A stretch of DNA of 64,000 nt from Acidovorax sp. (GTDB lineage: Bacteria; Pseudomonadota; Gammaproteobacteria; Burkholderiales; Burkholderiaceae_C). The translations under genes and the position numbers were made by a program. The notes under the pieces were generated by a model. It saw nothing but the letters and a program-made list of their open reading frames with translations. It was not told the DNA's origin and ran no database searches. Each line of letters begins with the position of its first letter. Positions within the stretch are counted from its first letter, which is position 1. Location of the stretch: NCBI RefSeq assembly GCF_047607405.1, contig NZ_JASGDA010000088.1:2341-66340 (forward strand), given 5' to 3'. Positions 54,683 to 64,000 of this stretch are shown here, piece after piece.

Positions 54683-55555
54683 ATGCACCCACGCCCCACC
54701 GACGCCTCCCCCGCCCTGCCAGCCACCGTGCTGGCTTTGGTGCTCTTGGGCGTGCTGGCGGCGGTCGGCGGCCAGGTGGTGGGGCAGATGCGCATGGCCC
54801 CCAGCACCGTGCTGCAGGCGGGCGCAGAGGCCGCCGTGGCCAGCCCCAACAACGCGCGCACACCGGCGGCTCCGGGCGCATCGGCGGCACCGTCGGCAGA
54901 AACCGGCCCCGGCTGGGCAACCCTGACCACGCCCCAGAAGCTGGCCCTGTACCCCCTGGCCGAGCGCTGGGCCTTCATCAGCGAGGCGCAAAAACGCCGC
55001 TGGCTGGCCCTGGCGGCCACCTTCCCCGCCCTGCCGCCAGAGGAGCAGGCCAAGTTCCACGAACGCATGACGGACTGGGCGAGCCTCAGCGCGCAGCAGC
55101 GCAACCAGGCCCGGCTGAACTACGCCGTCACCAACCGCCTGGCGCCGGACGACAAGCGCGCCCAGTGGGAAGCCTACCTGGCGCTGTCCGAGGAAGAAAA
55201 GCGCGCCCTGGCGGCCCGCGCCGCGCCCAAGCCCAAGGGCGCCGCCGTCGCCCTGCGGCCCGTGCCGCAGCGCAAGCTCGCCCAGGTGCCCGCCGCCACG
55301 CAGGCCATGCCCGGCAGCCCCAACGTGCCCAAGATCATCCCGGCGGACCACGGCGCCCGCGTGGCCGCGCCGGTCCACATCAACCCGGCGTCGGCGCCCG
55401 CTCCCGCCCATGCCCCCGCGTCTGCCGGGGCAGAGAGCATGCCCGTGGCCGTACCGACGGCCGTGCCCGCCGCGCTGCCGCCGCTGGGCGCGGGCCCTGC
55501 TGCGGAAAGCGCCCCGCCGGTCACGCCCGACAACTCGGGCCTGTACCCCCAATAA
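54683..55555 (+). CDS. DUF3106-like secreted/periplasmic protein, Ala/Pro-rich
   Basis: It has the repeated motif W..L...QK..L.PL...W and ...RF..W..LS..E. The start is uncertain. Confidence 0.55.
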   Translation: MHPRPTDASPALPATVLALVLLGVLAAVGGQVVGQMRMAPSTVLQAGAEAAVASPNNARTPAAPGASAAPSAETGPGWATLTTPQKLALYPLAERWAFISEAQKRRWLALAATFPALPPEEQAKFHERMTDWASLSAQQRNQARLNYAVTNRLAPDDKRAQWEAYLALSEEEKRALAARAAPKPKGAAVALRPVPQRKLAQVPAATQAMPGSPNVPKIIPADHGARVAAPVHINPASAPAPAHAPASAGAESMPVAVPTAVPAALPPLGAGPAAESAPPVTPDNSGLYPQ

Positions 55556-55562
55556 CACTGGA

Positions 55563-56075
55563 ATGACCGTCACTTCCGCGCCCCCCCGTCCCGGCGCGGC
55601 GCCCCACCTGTGGCGCCGCATGGCCTGCTGGCTCTACGAAGGCATGCTGATGTTCGGCGTGGTCTTCATCGCGGGCTACCTGTTCGGCACCCTGAGCCAG
55701 ACGCGCAACGCCATGGACAACCGCCACGCGCTGCAAGCCTTCCTGTTCGTGGTGTTCGGCATCTACTTCACCTGGTTCTGGGCCAAGGGCCAGACGCTGG
55801 CGCAAAAGACCTGGCACATCCGCGTGGTGGACGCCGCAGGCCGCCCCATTACCCAGGCGCGGGCGCTGCTGCGCTACGTGCTCAGTTGGCTGTGGTTCCT
55901 TCCGCCGCTGGCCGCGTATGCCTTCGGCGTGCCCGCCGTGGAAGTGCTGGTGCTGCTGGGCGGCTGGGTCGCCCTCTGGGCCATTCTGAGCCGCTTCCAC
56001 CCCGGGCGGCAGTTCTGGCACGACGCGCTGGCCGGAACGCGCCTGGTGCATTGCGACCCGCTCAAGAAACCATGA
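55563..56075 (+). CDS. RDD family membrane protein
   Basis: It has three hydrophobic segments and a WHDALAGTRLV tail typical of the RDD domain. Confidence 0.7.
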   Translation: MTVTSAPPRPGAAPHLWRRMACWLYEGMLMFGVVFIAGYLFGTLSQTRNAMDNRHALQAFLFVVFGIYFTWFWAKGQTLAQKTWHIRVVDAAGRPITQARALLRYVLSWLWFLPPLAAYAFGVPAVEVLVLLGGWVALWAILSRFHPGRQFWHDALAGTRLVHCDPLKKP

Positions 56076-56665
56076 CCCGCCCCGCTTTCTCCGTTTGCGT
56101 CTATTGCGGCTCGCGCCCCGGCGAGGACCCAGCGTTCGCCGACGCCGCCCGGGCCGTGGGCCGATGGATTGGCGTACACGGCGGGCAACTGGTCTATGGC
56201 GGCGGCCGCAGCGGCCTCATGGGCCTGGTGGCCGAGGCCACGCGCGAGGCCGGGGGCCGCGTGGTGGGCGTGATCCCGCAGGCGCTGGTGGACAGGGAAC
56301 TGGCCAACCGCCAGTGCGATGAACTGCACATCGTGCAGACCATGCACGAGCGCAAGGCGCTGATGGCCGAGCGCAGCGACGCCTTCCTGGCGCTGCCGGG
56401 CGGCATCGGCACCTTCGAGGAACTGTTCGAGGTCTGGACGTGGCGCCAGCTCGGCTACCACGACAAGCCGCTGGGCCTGCTCAACGTGGCGGGCTATTAC
56501 GACGGCCTGCTGTCCTTTCTGCAAGGCAGCGTGGCCAGCGGCTTTCTGGGCGAATGGCAGATGGAACTGCTGCGCGCGGGCAGCGACGCAGCCGCCCTGC
56601 TCACGGCCCTGGTGCAGGACGCGGGCGCGAATGCCGAAACATCCGCGCTGCGGAAAGTGATTTAG
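56072..56665 (+). CDS. LOG family protein (TIGR00730-type nucleotide phosphoribohydrolase)
   Basis: It has VCVYCGS, GGGRSGLMG and PGGIGTFEELFEV motifs. Confidence 0.88.
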   Translation: MTRPAFSVCVYCGSRPGEDPAFADAARAVGRWIGVHGGQLVYGGGRSGLMGLVAEATREAGGRVVGVIPQALVDRELANRQCDELHIVQTMHERKALMAERSDAFLALPGGIGTFEELFEVWTWRQLGYHDKPLGLLNVAGYYDGLLSFLQGSVASGFLGEWQMELLRAGSDAAALLTALVQDAGANAETSALRKVI

Positions 56666-56673
56666 ATCGCTCT

Positions 56674-56725
56674 ATTTTTGATAGCTGACAGCGCACGCCG
56701 GATAAGCGCCAGCGGCCAAAAACAC
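56674..56725 (+). repeat. GATAGCTG-hairpin repeat, copy K
   Basis: Sequence TTTTTGATAGCTGACAGCGCACGCCGGATAAGCGCCAGCGGCCAAAAACAC. It ends at the glnB stop codon (TCA at 56726). Confidence 0.8.
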
Positions 56726-58755
<2,030 letters not shown>

Positions 58756-58787
58756 ACGGGAGCGGGGATGGGGAAAGTTCGCGTGAA

Positions 58788-59183
58788 TTATGCGGGCGAT
58801 GGTCGCGCGTCCCACGGATCCAGCAGTTGGACTCCGCACGCGGCGAAATCACCGCCGTTGCGTGTCATCAGCACCCGACCGTGGGCCAGCGCCGAGGCCG
58901 CGATGATGGCGTCCGGCAGCTTGATGCGGTGCTGCTCGCGCAACTGGATGGTTTGCACGATCACCGCTTCCGCGAGTGGGATTTCCTGCATGTGCGACAG
59001 CAGGTTCTGGGTGAGTTGCCGCGAAGCGGGCGTGTGGCCCGCCCAGCCCATGACTTCAATGCGGGTGATGGACGAATAGCTGGCCCCGGCGACGACCGCG
59101 TTTTCAAAGCAAGCCCTGGCAGCGGGCGGCAACTGCCCGTTGATGTAGTAGATGAGGATGTTGCTGTCAACCAGCACGCTCAT
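58788..59183 (-). CDS. vapC: PIN-domain toxin (VapC-like)
   Basis: It reads MSVLVDSNILIYYING...LPDAIIAASALAHG. Confidence 0.8.
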   Translation of the reverse strand: MSVLVDSNILIYYINGQLPPAARACFENAVVAGASYSSITRIEVMGWAGHTPASRQLTQNLLSHMQEIPLAEAVIVQTIQLREQHRIKLPDAIIAASALAHGRVLMTRNGGDFAACGVQLLDPWDARPSPA

Positions 59184-59434
59184 GGCCGCCCGACCCATTC
59201 GCCGCGCAGGGCCGCCAGATCGGCGTCGATGGCCTGCACGGAATGCACGGGTTCCACACAACTCCAGGCGTTGGACAAGGCTTGCCTGCGCGCATCGCCC
59301 GCTGCGGTGCGCACAGGCGCATCTTCCTGCGCCAGCGGCAGGATGATGACTTCGCCACGCTGGCGGCGCAAATGCTCAGGCACCTGCACGGCGTCGGGCA
59401 GGTGGTCGTAGATTTCACGCAGTATGGTTGTCAT
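59180..59434 (-). CDS. putative antitoxin (AbrB/VapB-like)
   Basis: It starts MTTILREIYDHLPDAVQVPEHLRRQRGEVIILPL. A 4-nt ATGA overlap links it to the PIN gene. Confidence 0.6.
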   Translation of the reverse strand: MTTILREIYDHLPDAVQVPEHLRRQRGEVIILPLAQEDAPVRTAAGDARRQALSNAWSCVEPVHSVQAIDADLAALRGEWVGRP

Positions 59435-59496
59435 CCGTTCGCTCCATTCGTGGCGACTGTGGTTCGATTGTGCGGCAAAGCGCTGCCTGTGGCACG

Positions 59497-60795
59497 ATGG
59501 CCCGCCCCGCACTCCGGCCCCGACACACCTTGCCCGCCTACGAACTGCGCATCGCGGATGCCCCCGCCTCCATCGACGCCGCCGCCTGGAACGCCCTGCT
59601 CGCGCGGCAAAGCCAGCCCACGCCCTTCATGCGGCACGAGTACCTGGCCGCCCTGCACGAGAGCGGCAGCGCCACGCCGCGCACCGGCTGGGTGCCGTGC
59701 TTCATGACGCTGTGGCAGGGCAGCGAGTTGATCGCCGCCTGCCCGCTGTACCTCAAGAGCCATTCCTACGGCGAATACGTGTTCGACTGGGCCTGGGCCA
59801 GCGCCCACGAGCAGCACGGCGTGCCCTACTACCCCAAGGCCGTGGTGGCCGTGCCCTTCACGCCCGTGCCGGGCACGCGGCTCATGGCGCGCGACGGCCA
59901 GGCGCGGGCGCTGCTGGTGCAGGCACTGCGGCAATGGTGCGGGCAAGAGGGCGTGTCGTCCGCCCACGTGCTCTTTGCCAGCGACGATGATGTGCAGACC
60001 TGCTCCGACCAGCAGCTCATGCTGCGCCACACCGTGCAATTCCACTGGCAGAACATGGCCCCCACGCTCCCCGCTGCGCGTGGTTCGCTGCCCCCCGAGG
60101 GGGCGCTCGCTGCCTTGGGGCGGCCCGGCGGCATCTCGGGCTACCGCGACTTCGAGCACTTCCTCGCCAGCCAGTCGCAGGACAAGCGCAAGAAGATCCG
60201 CCAGGAGCGCCGCCGCGTGGCGGACGCGGGCGTCGGCTTCCGCTGGGCGCGGGGTGCGGACATCCGCGCGGCGGACTGGGACTTCTTCTACCGCTGCTAC
60301 GAGCGCACCTACCTGGAGCACGGCAACCCGCCCTACCTCACGCGGGACTTCTTCGCGCGCATGGCGGCGCACCTGCCCGAGGCGTGGCTGCTGTTCATCG
60401 CCGAGCGCGGCGGACGGCCGATTGCTAGCAGTTTGATAGCTGTCAGCACCCTTCCATCAAGCGCTGAAGGCCAAAAAGACCATGAAACGCTGGTGGCCTA
60501 TGGCCGCTACTGGGGGGCGCTGGAGCGGGTGGACTGCCTGCACTTCGAGGCGTGCTACTACCAGCCTTTGCAGTGGTGCATCACCCACGGCGCGCAGCGC
60601 TTCGAGGGCGGCGCGCAGGGTGAGCACAAGATGGCCCGCGCCCTGCTGCCCGTGCAGGCCGCCAGCGCGCACTGGCTGGCGCACCCGGCGTTCGCCGACG
60701 CGGTGCAGCGCTTCCTGGCGCGCGAGGGCGAGGGCGTGCAGGACTACCTGCAGGCGCTGCGGTCGCGCAGCCCGTTCAAGCCGCCTGTGGCCTGA
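59497..60795 (+). CDS. FemAB-like GNAT family protein (DUF482 / PF04339-type)
   Basis: It has PFMRHEYLAALHESG, KSHSYGEYVFDWAWA, YGRYWG, LHFEACYY and GAQGEHKMARA motifs. Confidence 0.8.
   Translation: MARPALRPRHTLPAYELRIADAPASIDAAAWNALLARQSQPTPFMRHEYLAALHESGSATPRTGWVPCFMTLWQGSELIAACPLYLKSHSYGEYVFDWAWASAHEQHGVPYYPKAVVAVPFTPVPGTRLMARDGQARALLVQALRQWCGQEGVSSAHVLFASDDDVQTCSDQQLMLRHTVQFHWQNMAPTLPAARGSLPPEGALAALGRPGGISGYRDFEHFLASQSQDKRKKIRQERRRVADAGVGFRWARGADIRAADWDFFYRCYERTYLEHGNPPYLTRDFFARMAAHLPEAWLLFIAERGGRPIASSLIAVSTLPSSAEGQKDHETLVAYGRYWGALERVDCLHFEACYYQPLQWCITHGAQRFEGGAQGEHKMARALLPVQAASAHWLAHPAFADAVQRFLAREGEGVQDYLQALRSRSPFKPPVA
60430..60482 (+). repeat. GATAGCTG-hairpin repeat, copy M, inside the FemAB-like CDS (sense)
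   Basis: Sequence GTTTGATAGCTGTCAGCACCCTTCCATCAAGCGCTGAAGGCCAAAAAGACCATGA. It is read as SLIAVSTLPSSAEGQKDH. Confidence 0.85.
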
Positions 60796-60804
60796 GTTTG
60801 CTTT

Positions 60805-60858
60805 GTTTTTGATAGCTGCCAGCGCTTGCCCATCAAGCGCTGGAGGCCGATTGGACCA
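60805..60858 (+). repeat. GATAGCTG-hairpin repeat, copy N
   Basis: Sequence TTTTTGATAGCTGCCAGCGCTTGCCCATCAAGCGCTGGAGGCCGATTGGACCA. It has a perfect 10-bp stem CCAGCGCTTG/CAAGCGCTGG and ends at the ppa stop codon (TTA at 60859). Confidence 0.9.
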
Positions 60859-61389
60859 TTATTTCTTCTGGTAGCTGGCGATACCGTCGGTGATTTCCTT
60901 CTTGGCGGCTTCGACGCCTTCCCAGCCCAGCACCTTGACCCACTTGCCCTTCTCCAGGTCCTTGTAGTGCTCGAAGAAGTGGGCGATGGCGTTGCGGCGC
61001 ATGGCGTTCACGTCGTCGATGCTCTTCCAGTGGTCGTACATGGGCAGGATCTTGCTGGTGGGCACGGCGATGACCTTGCCATCGACACCGGCCTCGTCCT
61101 CCATCATCAGGATGCCCAGGGGGCGGCAGGGCACGACCACGCCGGGGTGCAGCGCGTAGGGGGTGATGACGAGCACGTCCACCGGGTCGCCGTCGCCCGA
61201 CAGCGTCTGCGGCACGTAGCCGTAGTTGGTGGGGTAGTGCATCGCCGTGGTCATGAAGCGGTCCACGAAGATGGCGCCCGACTCCTTGTCCACCTCGTAC
61301 TTGATGGGGTCGGAGTTCATCGGGATCTCGATGACGACGTTGAAGGTCTCGGGGGCGTTCTTGCCGGGGGTGACGTTATTGAGGGACAT
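60859..61389 (-). CDS. ppa: inorganic pyrophosphatase (soluble, family I)
   Basis: It has [22 protein letters not shown] and DGDPVDVLV motifs. Confidence 0.96.
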   Translation of the reverse strand: MSLNNVTPGKNAPETFNVVIEIPMNSDPIKYEVDKESGAIFVDRFMTTAMHYPTNYGYVPQTLSGDGDPVDVLVITPYALHPGVVVPCRPLGILMMEDEAGVDGKVIAVPTSKILPMYDHWKSIDDVNAMRRNAIAHFFEHYKDLEKGKWVKVLGWEGVEAAKKEITDGIASYQKK

Positions 61390-61621
61390 GGTTGGTAATG
61401 TGCTGATGCAGGACAGGAATCCGCGCTGGGATTAACCCTGATTTTAGGCACACGGCCGTTTCTGCACGCTTGCGCCCTGCGGTTTGGCGGTAAATTGCGC
61501 CCGTTGGCCAATCGACTCCCGCTAGCGGAGCACGAGGAAGCAACGCAGCGGAAGCACCACCGGACTGCGTTGTGATGTTTCCTTCCGTGCAACTACCGAA
61601 TTGTTTTTCAAGGAGCGACGC

Positions 61622-63688
<2,067 letters not shown>

Positions 63689-63754
63689 GGCGGTATAAGG
63701 GGTTTTGGCCCCTTTCGCCCTTTACGATCGCGGGCTCTGGCATTCCCTCGCACC

Positions 63755-64000
63755 ATGGCCTCGCAACACACCGCCCCGCCGCCCGCAGTGCTCCAGCACA
63801 TCGTCCACGACGTGCTGGCGAGCGCAAGCCCCCTGATGGACCGCGTCATCGAGGCTGCGCGCCTGCAACTGCAGACGCGCGAGAGCCAGGCCCGCACGCC
63901 GGGCGAACACCAGGCGATGCTCGACGCGCGCCAGCAGATCGCGCGCCTTGCCAACGTGATGAGCGAGCGCTACCCCGAGGCGCTGCGCAAGGCGCTGGAC
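63755..64000 (+). CDS. hypothetical protein (5' part only; continues beyond the window)
   Basis: The frame is open from the ATG at 63755 to the window end (MASQHTAPPPAVLQHIVHDVLASASPLMDRVIEAARLQLQ). Codon bias matches the genome. I cannot assign a family with confidence. Confidence 0.5.
   Translation, partial: MASQHTAPPPAVLQHIVHDVLASASPLMDRVIEAARLQLQTRESQARTPGEHQAMLDARQQIARLANVMSERYPEALRKALD

Overview
The window is visibly high-GC, and its gene content and order look like a betaproteobacterium of the Burkholderiales/Comamonadaceae type. That taxonomic call is an inference from gene order and protein motifs only. Most of the window is core housekeeping: clpS-clpA, dnaE, bamD, alaS, thrS-infC-rpmI-rplT-pheS-pheT-ihfA-merR, purL, map-glnD, def, aat-bpt, pssA-leuA, ilvI-ilvH-ilvC, an ECF sigma cluster, glnB-nadE, and divergent ppa/hppA. 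Accessory content is limited. It comprises a hydroxyproline catabolic cluster, a porin / mini-binding-protein / MCP trio, a GGDEF-EAL sensor, an AraC-hydrolase pair, three PIN-domain toxin-antitoxin pairs wedged between core genes, and four tRNAs (Gly-CCC, Pro-GGG, 2x Asn-GUU). I saw no CRISPR array, transposase, integrase or rRNA. Two things stand out. (1) An AT-rich hairpin repeat of about 50 bp (T-run, GATAGCTG, stem-loop, AGGCC, AATTTGA) occurs at least 12-16 times. It mostly fills intergenic gaps, but four copies or copy-like patches lie in frame inside housekeeping CDSs: purL, a FemAB-like GNAT gene, nadE and alaS. One copy appears to supply the Shine-Dalgarno sequence of pssA, and several end exactly at the stop codon of a convergent gene. 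(2) The leader upstream of thrS encodes a 13-codon peptide, MTPRTTTEKFTSR, followed by mutually exclusive helices and an intrinsic terminator. This matches a classical leader-peptide attenuator for a threonyl-tRNA synthetase gene. All coordinates and alignments were worked out by eye, so starts and element boundaries may be off by a few nucleotides.
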